64,000 nt of DNA from Candidatus Bathyarchaeia archaeon (lineage in GTDB: Archaea; Thermoproteota; Bathyarchaeia; 40CM-2-53-6), in contig JBEKVV010000008.1 in NCBI GenBank assembly GCA_049513715.1, forward strand, positions 1 to 64,000, written 5' to 3'. The position numbers were made by a program, and so were the translations under genes. Each line of letters opens with the position of its first letter. Positions within the stretch are counted from its first letter, which is position 1. The notes beneath the pieces are model-generated. The model had not been told where the DNA came from. It made no database searches and saw nothing but the letters and a program-made list of their open reading frames with translations. This document shows, piece by piece, positions 1 through 9,294 of this stretch.

Positions 1-653
1 TGGCGTATGCGCGTGTCGTTGCGTCGCATATGCGATCGAATCTCACGGTACATAGCTTTAATTTCCGTTGCCTTTGCCAAATTCTGCTTCTTCATCTGTC
101 CATCTGAGTCTGCAATGGTCAGATTGTCAAGATTTCGGTCAATGGCAATTAGGCCGCGAGGTTGAATTGGTTCAACCTCCTTCGCGTAGGAGATGCTCAA
201 CTGTTCATCCGTTAATGTGACGGAGCGGATTTCGATGTTCGGTTCAAGGAGAACGCGTAGCACATGCGCGTTCAACGGGATCGATAACGGTTGCTTAGGC
301 TTGAATGGCAGCAAGAGCGCCTTTTCTATCGTTTTAATCTTGAAACCATAGCATGTTGTCAACTGCAGCTGCCGTGCATATGGTTCCTTGACCCGTATTC
401 CCTGTCGCTTAGCTTTCCTATAGTTTTTGAGAATTCCTGTGGCTTTGCTGATCGCACAGAGTTTGTAGTAACTCATGACATCGTAGGTTGCAAGTTGATC
501 GTAAGCCTTCGTGGAGAGTGACTTGAGGCTGGTCACATTCTCCGCAAGCCCAATCCGTACGCAGTCGTTAAGCATTTGGCGGAACTGCTCAAGCATATGG
601 AGAATCTCAGGCCCGGGCGCGTAGTGCTGTTGAACTGCTTTGACCGCCCGCAT
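1..653 (-). CDS. tnpB: TnpB (IS200/IS605 OrfB) RNA-guided nuclease, 5' part; runs off the window start
   Basis: Hand translation from ATG at 653 is open to position 1: MRAVKAVQQHYAPGPEILHMLEQFRQMLNDCVRIG...RSVTLTDEQLSISYAKEVEPIQPRGLIAIDRNLDNLTIADSDG...MRRNDTRIR. LIAIDRNLDN is a RuvC-I motif typical of archaeal TnpB. Absent from the ORF track because there is no stop in the window. Confidence 0.88.
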   Translation of the reverse strand, partial: MRAVKAVQQHYAPGPEILHMLEQFRQMLNDCVRIGLAENVTSLKSLSTKAYDQLATYDVMSYYKLCAISKATGILKNYRKAKRQGIRVKEPYARQLQLTTCYGFKIKTIEKALLLPFKPKQPLSIPLNAHVLRVLLEPNIEIRSVTLTDEQLSISYAKEVEPIQPRGLIAIDRNLDNLTIADSDGQMKKQNLAKATEIKAMYREIRSHMRRNDTRIR

Positions 654-730
654 AACTTAGCCTCTACCATCCGCCTCTCTTAGGCACGAGAGGTCAGTGA
701 AAGCAATGAGCCGACAAGTTAACAGAGCTT
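1..730 (-). mobile_element. IS200/IS605-family (IS1341-like, solo tnpB) element; left end at about 730
   Basis: tnpB has no tnpA upstream. A subterminal hairpin CCTCTC(674-679)/GAGAGG(688-693) lies upstream of it. Rhomboid-like coding sequence begins abruptly at about 730. Exact end not determinable. Confidence 0.65.
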
Positions 731-939
731 TTCTTTACAATGCTCTGGCGGTTTACTTGAACCAACAGAGTGACGTGGCTTACATTTCTCATATTCTCGG
801 ATTCGCCATAGGCGTACCATTCGGGATTGCGTGGAGTGAGAAATGGAAGAAGAATCTACTGATCTCGATCGGACTACTCCTAGTCTACGTGGTATTGCTC
901 TACTTCGTGACGCATTATCTGCTCCCCGCTTTGCTCTAG
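730..939 (+). pseudogene. C-terminal fragment of a rhomboid-family intramembrane protease
   Basis: FLYNALAVYLNQQSDVAYISHILGFAIG matches the rhomboid catalytic-His motif (VAYxAHxxG). The N-terminal part with GxSG is missing and the IS end occupies its place. Confidence 0.7.
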
Positions 940-1140
940 GAGTATCACAAAGCCCCGGAGCCATCATTCAGCTTAGAACAGAGATGCAATCGCATAGTAG
1001 ATCTTGTGAACTTCCTCGATGTTTCCATTGGTTGAGATGCCGAAGGAATTATCGTGCTATTCACATTAGCCGTTTTTCGAAATCGCGGCCACGAAAATTC
1101 GTCATAGTATTCTCAAGGTATTATCGTGGGTGACATAACA

Positions 1141-1169
1141 AAGGTGAAAGGAAAGAGAAAGAAAAAATC
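1141..1169 (-). terminator. U-rich archaeal terminator candidate after ssb
   Basis: Minus strand reads ATTTTTTCTTTCTCTTTCCTTTCACCTTT about 50 nt after the ssb stop. Confidence 0.45.
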
Positions 1170-1215
1170 TCTTGGTGGGAATTTTCCGCAGCGTTTTGAG
1201 CTGCAATATTGGCTT

Positions 1216-1788
1216 CTAGTATCGGTCGCGCCCGCGGTCTCTGCCGCCGCCGTATCCGCCCCGACCTCGGCCTCCGCCTCTTCCGTAACCACCGCCGCCC
1301 CCTCCGTAACCGCCTCCGCGGCCGCCGCCGTATCCGCCGCCGCCTCCGCGGCCGTACCCGCCGCCGCCTCCGTAGGGTCGGTAGGGTCGTTCTTCTTCAA
1401 CCTGTTTGTCGGAGAGGTTGTTCTGGGTGTTTACGTCGCCAAGAGGGGTCTCTGCGGGTTCAAGGGATCCGTAGCGTCCGATGTTCAGACGCATAGAGCC
1501 TTTGAATGGTCGCACGTATCCGTTCTTGACGTTTACTGAGTCGCCTTCGTTCACTTTGTCAATATTCTCGTCCCAGAGGGTCATGTAGATAGCTCCCGAT
1601 TCATCGCCTACAAGAGCGTCCAACACACGGTGTGAAGTGCCGTCTTGTCGGGACACGGTTTCGCGAGCCTCGCCTTTCTGGACGACTTTGACAGTGGTGT
1701 TGACCTGTTTTGAGTATGGGCCAAGTTCGCTGACTTTTACGTTAGGTGCCGGTGCGCCGGTTTGTGTATGTCTTTCTTCCTCTGACAT
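1216..1788 (-). CDS. ssb: Single-stranded DNA-binding protein (single OB fold, crenarchaeal type) with Gly/Tyr/Arg-rich tail
   Basis: OB-fold motifs DALVGDESGAIYMTLWD, NGYVRPFKGSMRLNIGRYG; start trimmed to MSEEE at ATG 1788. Confidence 0.9.
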   Translation of the reverse strand: MSEEERHTQTGAPAPNVKVSELGPYSKQVNTTVKVVQKGEARETVSRQDGTSHRVLDALVGDESGAIYMTLWDENIDKVNEGDSVNVKNGYVRPFKGSMRLNIGRYGSLEPAETPLGDVNTQNNLSDKQVEEERPYRPYGGGGGYGRGGGGGYGGGRGGGYGGGGGGYGRGGGRGRGGYGGGRDRGRDRY

Positions 1789-1903
1789 TTTTCGTCTACT
1801 TCTGTCCAAACGGTGAGTGAAACACACAGCCGTGGCAGTCTTAAGCATTATGATTCAGTTGACTCAGATTCAGATTAGCTGATGCCTCGGAGGTGGAGAT
1901 TGT

Positions 1904-2686
1904 TTAGATGTAGTCCGCGAGCTCGTCGACCGTCTCCAATACGAGGTCAGGTTTGAGTTTCGAGTTTCTAATAGTCTCCATTGTCTCGACGCCGGTCAGG
2001 ACTAGGGCTGTGTGGACTCCGGCTCGGCGAGCTCCTGAAAGATCCGTTTCGATTTGATCACCAATCATGACGGCGTCTGAAGCCTTTGCGCCAGAGAGTG
2101 TAAGAGCTAGTTTAAACATACGCGGGGACGGTTTGCCGATCATAATTGCTCGCTTCCCTGAAGCAAACTCGAGCGCTTTGACTATTGGACCAGCGGACAG
2201 CGCAGGCCCATGGTCGCTCATGTATACTGCTCCACCATAACTTCCCACCAGGGTAGCCCCATTCCTCACAGACCGCATAGCTCGATCTAACTTGTCGTAG
2301 GTTAAGTGTCGATCGAGCCCCACAACCACAACATCGGGTTTATCCTCCGCAGGTTGATGGCCGGCTGCTTCAAGCTCAAGCAACAACCCCCTTTCACCCA
2401 CCAAAAAGAAATTTGATTTACCGATCTTCTGCGTAAGGTAGTGCGCCGTGAGAAAACTCGATGTCAGGATTTCATCGGTGGAGAAGTCGAACCCCATTCT
2501 CAAGAGGTTGGCGCGTAATTCTTCACGAGTGTGGGTTGAATCATTCGTCAGGACGAACGCCTTCTTGCCCAAAGATTTGATCTTGGCAACCACTGCATGC
2601 CCCCCTAGGGCACGTGGATTTTCCTTTCCGACCGAGAGAACACCGTCAAGGTCGAAGAAGAACGCGCGAATTTTGTTTAGTTTCAT
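1904..2686 (-). CDS. HAD-IIA (NagD-like) phosphatase
   Basis: FFDLDGVL, LTND, GKPSP, MIGDQIETD, LVLTG motifs. Confidence 0.92.
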   Translation of the reverse strand: MKLNKIRAFFFDLDGVLSVGKENPRALGGHAVVAKIKSLGKKAFVLTNDSTHTREELRANLLRMGFDFSTDEILTSSFLTAHYLTQKIGKSNFFLVGERGLLLELEAAGHQPAEDKPDVVVVGLDRHLTYDKLDRAMRSVRNGATLVGSYGGAVYMSDHGPALSAGPIVKALEFASGKRAIMIGKPSPRMFKLALTLSGAKASDAVMIGDQIETDLSGARRAGVHTALVLTGVETMETIRNSKLKPDLVLETVDELADYI

Positions 2687-2931
2687 TTTCGTTCGAAACT
2701 CTTCATAACTTGTACTTGTTGTGTTTCAAGGAATGATTCTGGTTCCTAATAGGCGCCCCTCTAGAGAGCACAAACCTAGCGCTAATTCGACTGCCTATCT
2801 ATTGGAGATGTGCAGCAGCTGGCAGGATTGAGTACAACTTCGCGATTCCGTTTTCACGGGCAAATGCTCGAGCAATAAACATTAACTATCAACTAGACAT
2901 CCAACAAACTTTCTACCTCTCAATGTCGGAG

Positions 2932-2946
2932 CGGTGAAAGTCACCG
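2932..2946. promoter_or_regulatory. Palindrome CGGTGA-AAG-TCACCG, possible operator in a divergent intergenic region
   Basis: Perfect 6-bp inverted repeat with a 3-nt spacer between the HAD gene and the propeller gene. Confidence 0.3.
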
Positions 2947-3068
2947 TGATTAACTAGGCACTAGTATGTAAGAAAATTCGGTCTTTTCAGCGGGCTTTGA
3001 CACGTAGTGCTTACTTAATGTTACATGTCAAAGGCCCAGACTCCGCGTCCATCAACGAGCTGTGCACT

Positions 3069-5672
3069 ATGAGAAAGACGAAGTTCTCGATTGCGATTAT
3101 TCTGTCTTCTTTACTGTTATTGTCGGTTTCAGCCATGCCGGCGGCCAATGCTGCGACCATTTGGAATGACATCAATCCCACTGTATACATCAATCCGCCT
3201 GCCAATCCGAGCCTAAACTCCTTGTACATGCTATCTGCCACCGAGGGTTGGGCTGTCGGAGACAGTAGACCAACAACCAACATAACAACGGGGCTGCCCG
3301 CGATAGTGCACTATGATGGGTTCAGCTGGAACTTAGTTCCCGCACCCAAGTTCCCTGATTTTCCGTCCAATCAGGCTGCTTACAACCTTACATCGGTAAC
3401 ATTCGGCCCACCTGGCAATCCAATCAGTGGGAACGATGGTTGGACCGTTGGATTCAACAGCACCATCACCGGAACAGGACCGCCTTTTCCGTGTGGTGGC
3501 GGAGTATCTCCCACATGCAGTTCCGTAGCCCTGCACTGGGATGGCGTCTCGTGGCGAGTCATGACCCCCGGGTTGACTGGACTAAACGCAGGCCCTCTCT
3601 GGTCCGCTTTCATGGTCAGCTCAACCGATGTTTGGGCCGTAGGACAAAACGTAGCCGGAACAGCTGGTGTGTTCTGGCATTGGAGTGGAATCCCAGGTTT
3701 GGGTGGTGGGTGGAACATGCCCCAATCCGTTCCGAACATTTTCTTCTATTCCGTCTTCATGGTCAGCGCCACGGAGGGTTGGGCTGTGGGTTCGGGAGGT
3801 GCGATATGGCACTACTTCGGAGGCCAATGGGAGGCTATTTCTTCCCCCGTCACAGCATCTCTCCGTTCGATTTTCATGACGAGTGCGACTGATGGTTGGG
3901 CTGTTGGCGATGGCGGAACGATCGTTCATTATACTGGGGGGATTTGGACTGGCCCCGTGAGCCCAGGCACTACGACTAACAACCTACTCTCTGTCTTCAT
4001 GGTCTCATCGACAGAAGGATGGGCGGGTGGAGCAGCGGGCACCACTGGAACAATACTTCACTATTCAGGAGGGACATGGACCGCATTACCAACCAATCAA
4101 ATCCCAACCGCTCCCGTATCAAAATTCAACTTCAATTCGGTCTTCGCAACTTCGGCAACGGATATTTGGGCTGTTGGCTCAGCAGGAGTGATTCTACATT
4201 GGGATGGGGTCAACTGGGGCACAGTAACGAGCCCCACCATCGATAATTTCACATCTATCAGTTTTGGTCCGCCTTTGGCCGGGCCCATTAATCCGAATGA
4301 TGGCTGGGCCGTAGGCAACGCTTCAGAAGTCGGCGAGCCGACGATTTACCATTGGAACGGATTCATGTGGACCAAAGGAGTTGCGATCGGAACAAGCAAC
4401 AACTTGAACTCCGTATTCATGCTATCAGGCGGCGATGTCTGGACCGTTGGCGGAGGATTTCATACTACTGCTTCGTGTTCAGCAGTGCCGTGTCCCGTAA
4501 TTCTGCACTTCGCTGGAGGCTCGTGGAATACTGTTACCCCACCTCCCGGTTCTTACATTCTTAAGTCAGTTTTCATGGTCAGTTCGTCTGAAGGCTGGGC
4601 CGTCGGTGAACAGGTAGGATCACCGCATCCGACTGGAATCCTACTGCACTATACTGTTACAGGAGGAGTTGGAACTTGGGCAATCTTTCCAGCCCCTTCG
4701 AGCCCCTCACCCACCCCACCACTAAACTCAATCTTCATGCTCGGTCCAAATGAGGGCTGGGCTGTTGGAGACAACTCCACAATTCTTCACTACACGGTTA
4801 CAGGCGGCGTGGGCACATGGAACACTGTCAGCGTAAGTGGCACTCCATTCCTTTCTCAATACGCAAACCTGACCTCCGTCTTCATGCTGAGCCCAACGAG
4901 CGGTTGGATCGTCGGCGGCATTCAATTTGGTTCGTTAGATTCATTTGGCGCATTCTCGGCCGGTCCGGTCATCCTCAATTGGGATGGAACGAAATGGGCC
5001 CCCGTCGCGACTCCGACAATCCCGGGTGGTACTTCGCCTTATGGCCGAACGAGTGCTTTGCTGAAGTCCGTTTACTGCACTGGGCCTGATGATTGTTGGA
5101 CTGGCGGATGGCCCGGCAAACTTGTCGCAACACTCTTCCATTGGGACGGCATTGCATGGAACCAAGTTACGACCTCGCCAGCTCTCTTGGGACAGAACCT
5201 CCCATCGGGATCTGGTGGAGTCGTGTATCCGCCTATCGTTAGCTCAATCTACTTGACCTCACCGGGGTACGGTTGGATCGTTGGCTCCAGCCGTTCCTAC
5301 ACTTCGTCTACGCCAGTCTACGGCGATCCACTTCACCCATTCCCAACAGAACTTTCAGCGATACTACGCATGTCCCCGCCACTCGTCCTCGGGGTCACAA
5401 CTTCAGTTACAACCATCGTCTCGACAGTATCAATGTCAACAACTTTCCTGACCGGTTCGACTGTAAGCACTTCAACGATAGTGACCTCTATCACTAGTAC
5501 GAACACTACAATCGTTACACCACCCAGCTCAAGTGGCGCCATACTTCCAATAATCATCGGAATTGTGGCAGCGCTTGCTGTAGCAGTCGTTCTTATTCTG
5601 CTGTTAGTCGGGCGACGGCGGCCTCAGGCGCGGCCGGTGGTAATGTACCCAATCCAGAGAAGGCATGCGTAA
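3069..5672 (+). CDS. Membrane-anchored surface protein with 14 beta-propeller-type (BNR/YCF48-like) repeats
   Basis: Signal peptide MRKTKFSIAIIL...; 14 copies of a L.S(V/I)FM.S.TEGWAVG...ILH(Y/W).G..W-like repeat; Thr/Ser linker, TM helix and basic tail. Confidence 0.85.
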   Translation: MRKTKFSIAIILSSLLLLSVSAMPAANAATIWNDINPTVYINPPANPSLNSLYMLSATEGWAVGDSRPTTNITTGLPAIVHYDGFSWNLVPAPKFPDFPSNQAAYNLTSVTFGPPGNPISGNDGWTVGFNSTITGTGPPFPCGGGVSPTCSSVALHWDGVSWRVMTPGLTGLNAGPLWSAFMVSSTDVWAVGQNVAGTAGVFWHWSGIPGLGGGWNMPQSVPNIFFYSVFMVSATEGWAVGSGGAIWHYFGGQWEAISSPVTASLRSIFMTSATDGWAVGDGGTIVHYTGGIWTGPVSPGTTTNNLLSVFMVSSTEGWAGGAAGTTGTILHYSGGTWTALPTNQIPTAPVSKFNFNSVFATSATDIWAVGSAGVILHWDGVNWGTVTSPTIDNFTSISFGPPLAGPINPNDGWAVGNASEVGEPTIYHWNGFMWTKGVAIGTSNNLNSVFMLSGGDVWTVGGGFHTTASCSAVPCPVILHFAGGSWNTVTPPPGSYILKSVFMVSSSEGWAVGEQVGSPHPTGILLHYTVTGGVGTWAIFPAPSSPSPTPPLNSIFMLGPNEGWAVGDNSTILHYTVTGGVGTWNTVSVSGTPFLSQYANLTSVFMLSPTSGWIVGGIQFGSLDSFGAFSAGPVILNWDGTKWAPVATPTIPGGTSPYGRTSALLKSVYCTGPDDCWTGGWPGKLVATLFHWDGIAWNQVTTSPALLGQNLPSGSGGVVYPPIVSSIYLTSPGYGWIVGSSRSYTSSTPVYGDPLHPFPTELSAILRMSPPLVLGVTTSVTTIVSTVSMSTTFLTGSTVSTSTIVTSITSTNTTIVTPPSSSGAILPIIIGIVAALAVAVVLILLLVGRRRPQARPVVMYPIQRRHA

Positions 5673-5839
5673 TGCTGGGAGGTAGATCGAAGAGAATGGC
5701 GAGCATAACCGCCACTCTTCCGATTCTGGTATTGGACAAGATCGACGAACTTGTAGATAACGACAAGGTTCCATCGCGTTCGTTTTTGATTCGGGAAGCT
5801 GTCAGACGGTACCTAAGAGAATTCGAACGCAAGCAGTAA
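5672..5839 (+). CDS. Ribbon-helix-helix (CopG/Arc/MetJ) regulator, 55 aa
   Basis: Hand translation MLGGRSKRMASITATLPILVLDKIDELVDNDKVPSRSFLIREAVRRYLREFERKQ; SRS.LIREAV signature; TAATG overlap with the upstream gene; below the ORF-track length cutoff. Confidence 0.85.
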   Translation: MLGGRSKRMASITATLPILVLDKIDELVDNDKVPSRSFLIREAVRRYLREFERKQ

Positions 5840-6083
5840 ATGCGCAGCTAATGTGGCTGTCGCACCTCCTCTTTTTCTGGTTGTTCGATTGGGCTGTTGT
5901 GGGGGGATAGGTTGAGCGATGCGAGTTTAGTCTTTATTTTCAGGGATGTATTGATGGGAAGGGAGATTTTCGCCCGTGTCAGGGGTGACCGTGGTTTTTC
6001 GAGATGCGGAGTTACGCTTGAAGCTGTGCGGTAATGGTTGAAATGAGTACATGCGGTCCTAAGTTCTGTTTGGTTGTTTCGTC

Positions 6084-6611
6084 TTGGAAGCATATATGGG
6101 GTTGGAAGCAAAACCGGGCCTCCACAGGAATCTCTACAGAATCTTGAAGGAACGGAACATCGATGTCTTTCATACGCTAGGGGTCCATGACGTAATCTGC
6201 AGGTTGCCTTCCTTCGTAGACCTGAAGGAGTTCAGGAAAATAGTTGATGGCATCCTCTTCACAACACAAAACGGCGCGCCCATCGTTGAAAACACTTCAT
6301 CCTACCTAGTATTGGAACGAACCGGTCCCAAATCACCTAACAAACCAACCGCATTCTTTTTCCTCAGATCAGGGAAATTGCAGTCGCGGGAGCAATTTGA
6401 CAAGACGGTAACCGACGTCTACAATATCAACGGTGTACTCGCGGTAAGTACAGCCGTCGGACAGTTTGATTTGATTTGCGAAATCGAGAGTCCGAACCTA
6501 GCTGAACTCAAGAGCATAGTCAACACAATTGTCTCAACTCCTGGAGTTTCAGTTCGGGCTACGATGGTCTGCATGGTCGTAGGATCTGAAACAACTGAGG
6601 CGACAAAATAG
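6084..6611 (+). CDS. Tandem Lrp/AsnC ligand-binding (RAM) domain protein without HTH
   Basis: Two copies of the motif: VFHTLGVHDVICRL and VSTAVGQFDLICEI. Confidence 0.75.
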   Translation: MEAYMGLEAKPGLHRNLYRILKERNIDVFHTLGVHDVICRLPSFVDLKEFRKIVDGILFTTQNGAPIVENTSSYLVLERTGPKSPNKPTAFFFLRSGKLQSREQFDKTVTDVYNINGVLAVSTAVGQFDLICEIESPNLAELKSIVNTIVSTPGVSVRATMVCMVVGSETTEATK

Positions 6612-6880
6612 GGTCGTGGGGTTTCTTTCTTCTGAAATCGCTCAACATGTCAGCGGCGGATTTTCTTGTTCACAGTTTGTATGACTTATTCTATATTTTC
6701 CACTTCGGTCAGTCACATAGAAAAGGGGTTCAATTGAACGGTGCAATAGGCAGGTTCAGGAAGCGCCTAATTGGGAATGAGCGCGTGTGACGGTCGGCTG
6801 TGGAGGTAATTCCCGTATATAGGCGTGGATGTGAATGGAATTCAATAGAATTCAAGCTGGTTTAGGCTGAGTATGGAGGC

Positions 6881-7096
6881 ATGACTGTGAGTGTGGCGCT
6901 TGTGAACTTTGAATGCCTCTCAGACGGTGAGCTGATGGAACTCGCCGTGCCCTCAAACTCGATGAACAGGCGTGTTCTCGTGATTTGGATGTACCTGAAA
7001 GTTCGTTCAGACATGCCCGTGGACGAATTTGAACAAGAATTAACAGCGTCAGCTGAGAAGGAATTGCAGAGACGAGCCAACTCCGCGAAAACGTAG
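6881..7096 (+). CDS. Small hypothetical protein
   Basis: 71-aa ORF with GGAGG just before the ATG and TATATA upstream at about 6816-6821. Confidence 0.5.
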   Translation: MTVSVALVNFECLSDGELMELAVPSNSMNRRVLVIWMYLKVRSDMPVDEFEQELTASAEKELQRRANSAKT

Positions 7097-7139
7097 ATTT
7101 GTGTGTTGGCTGAATATTTCCTGCTAGACTTCCTTTTGC

Positions 7140-8663
7140 CTAGTGCGATAGTCTCTCTCTGAGTCCGCCTTTTGAGCGGCTGAGTTGTTGCCTGTCGATT
7201 ATTAGTTCGTTTTCATTGTATCGTAGGTTAGTCATTTTTCGGACAGCGACTAGTTTTCGGGATCTGCCGCCGACGTCTTTCTCAAAGATTTCAACGTAGC
7301 CACTGAAGAGTTCCGCGAGGCCTTGTACGTCTTCGGTGGTGTGCAGGCTTGGGTTGAATACTCCCAGTGTGGTGAACCCCCAATTCTCTAGGCGCGGTAG
7401 AATGTCAGTTATCCATTTGCGGGTTGTGAGGAGCTTTTGGGTGAGGAGGATTTCAGAGAGAACGTCGAGGCATATTCTTGCTCCTTGGTTTGCGTGGTCT
7501 TTCACCGCCTTGACGAGTTCAATGTTGAGGGATGTGAGGTTCTGGATTCCGGTTTGCACAGGAATGAGGTTCTTGTCAGTGCTAGTTGCGCGGGGATTAG
7601 CGACGAGGACTGTGAGTTTGTCTCCGAATTTCGTGTGGGTTGCGTTGGCGAAGCCTGTGTCTGTGGTTAGGAGGAAGCATGGCGCTTTCTTCTTTAGCCC
7701 AGATTGCACGAACTGTTCAACTGTCAGGTTTCGTTCGTCGGTGGCTGGGCCTCCTAGTAGGAGGCTGTACTTCTGCGGGATTCCGGTCGGGACGAGCTCG
7801 TCGAGGCCCGTGAAGACACCGAGGGATGGACCTGAAATCCGAGGACTTATGACCATGTAACCGGCTGCCAGAATTGCGGCCGCGATTAATGCCTCCGCCG
7901 CGTCAAGCAGGGGAACCTGGGCGAGTGCAATGGATAAAACCACGGGTGGAAGGACTCCGACTATTGCGGCACCTATGTACTTTGGCCCTTTCCACTTCGA
8001 CGCCAACAAAGCGACCAAGTAGCCTGCCACCGCCCAAGCAGCAATCAGAACGTAAATTCGATAGTCCCCGATCGTCGCGGTGAGGGGGGCGAAGTAGTCA
8101 GTGATGTGTGTTGTGGAGAACATGTCGGCTGTGGGTATGAAGGCGTTGAACTGCCAGGGGTTTGGGATGGGTTTCGGTGCGTAATTGTTCGGGTTGGGAA
8201 CGATCATTAGGCCAGCTTGCATTATGTTCCTAGTCCAGCTTAGGACGAATACGGAAACCGCGGAGACCGCACCAATCTTCAGCGCCGTCTCCCTATCGCG
8301 GCTTAGCCCGGCGAGGACTGTGGGGACGATGGCTAGGGTGGGGAGTGTGAAGAAGGCGAGAACCCAGCTGGCCGCTACGAGTGCCAAGTCAACCCAATTA
8401 GTCATTGATACTACGGTGAGAATGAGGATGAAGAGGAAGGTGAGTCCGATCATTGCGTCTTGATACATGGACCCTAGGGCTGAGAGGAGAATGGCTACAA
8501 TCAGCCCTAATATTGGAAACTCAAAAGCAACAACCCCCAGTGCCAAGGCTAGGATGATTGTGAGGTACAATGGGTAGAACGGGTAAAGTGACAACACCAA
8601 CGCAGACAGGACTGTGACCGTGGCGAATACAGCGAGTCGCCTGAAGATTTCTTTCCTCTGCAT
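7140..8663 (-). CDS. Multi-pass membrane protein fused to a degenerate KaiC/RAD55-like ATPase domain
   Basis: About 9 hydrophobic segments, then FTGLDELVPTGIPQKYSLLLGGPATDER (Walker A region lacking GKT), RICLDVLS and AVRKM. Confidence 0.8.
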   Translation of the reverse strand: MQRKEIFRRLAVFATVTVLSALVLSLYPFYPLYLTIILALALGVVAFEFPILGLIVAILLSALGSMYQDAMIGLTFLFILILTVVSMTNWVDLALVAASWVLAFFTLPTLAIVPTVLAGLSRDRETALKIGAVSAVSVFVLSWTRNIMQAGLMIVPNPNNYAPKPIPNPWQFNAFIPTADMFSTTHITDYFAPLTATIGDYRIYVLIAAWAVAGYLVALLASKWKGPKYIGAAIVGVLPPVVLSIALAQVPLLDAAEALIAAAILAAGYMVISPRISGPSLGVFTGLDELVPTGIPQKYSLLLGGPATDERNLTVEQFVQSGLKKKAPCFLLTTDTGFANATHTKFGDKLTVLVANPRATSTDKNLIPVQTGIQNLTSLNIELVKAVKDHANQGARICLDVLSEILLTQKLLTTRKWITDILPRLENWGFTTLGVFNPSLHTTEDVQGLAELFSGYVEIFEKDVGGRSRKLVAVRKMTNLRYNENELIIDRQQLSRSKGGLRERLSH

Positions 8664-8866
8664 GATAACCCGGCATCAGAAGATGGCTGATTGTGTTTAA
8701 TGGTTTCGATAGCGTGCCTGTTTGGCTGATTTGCTGGGTTTCGGGCTGGGAGCGAGCAACCATGAACGCTTCCTACGGTTGTGGGACGGTGATGTAAGGG
8801 GCCAGTTCGTTGGAGTGCCGGGGGTGCAACTTTGTGGGGGAGAAGATGTCCCTTATGAGTTGATGG

Positions 8867-9250
8867 TCAGGCCGTCTTAGCGGTAATATTGCTGGTTAGC
8901 GAAAGCCTCAGTTTCTTTGTGATTTCGTCTATTTGCGTGCCTGTAATCGTTTCTATTTTGTACATTGCGCTAAGCTTCTGCCCTGCTGGGGTCAGGTTTG
9001 ATGTGGAGATTAGGATGGCTCGCGTGGGTTTTACGTCAACGACTTTCGCGAAGAATTCTGCGACGGCTTCGGGCCCAACCTCAGCCGGTGCGATGACAGA
9101 GTCTAGGACCAGCTGGTCGTTATCTTTCGTAGCGTACATGTCGAAGGTGTGCTCCATGCCTGAAATCCCATTAACGGTCTTCGGCGCAGTAACCTTGAAA
9201 CCAAGTTCCTGCAGGAGGTCAACCATTCGTGTGTCCACCGGCAGCAACAT
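8867..9250 (-). CDS. Restriction endonuclease-like (PD-(D/E)xK/Mrr-like) domain protein, probably inactive
   Basis: GFKVTAPKTVNGISGMEHTFDMYA...LVLD...FFAKVVDV pattern; start uncertain. Confidence 0.6.
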   Translation of the reverse strand: MLLPVDTRMVDLLQELGFKVTAPKTVNGISGMEHTFDMYATKDNDQLVLDSVIAPAEVGPEAVAEFFAKVVDVKPTRAILISTSNLTPAGQKLSAMYKIETITGTQIDEITKKLRLSLTSNITAKTA

Positions 9251-9294
9251 CACCTGCCGCTTGAATCGAACCTTGCCCTTGGTTTTGGTTCCGA

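Noticed and set aside
291..521. 76-aa plus-strand ORF
   Set aside because: Antisense to tnpB, with no recognisable motif.
1113..1539. Ala-rich and Arg-rich ORFs (1113-1400, 1126-1539, 1209-1496)
   Set aside because: Alternative-frame and antisense shadows of the GC-rich Gly/Arg tail of ssb.
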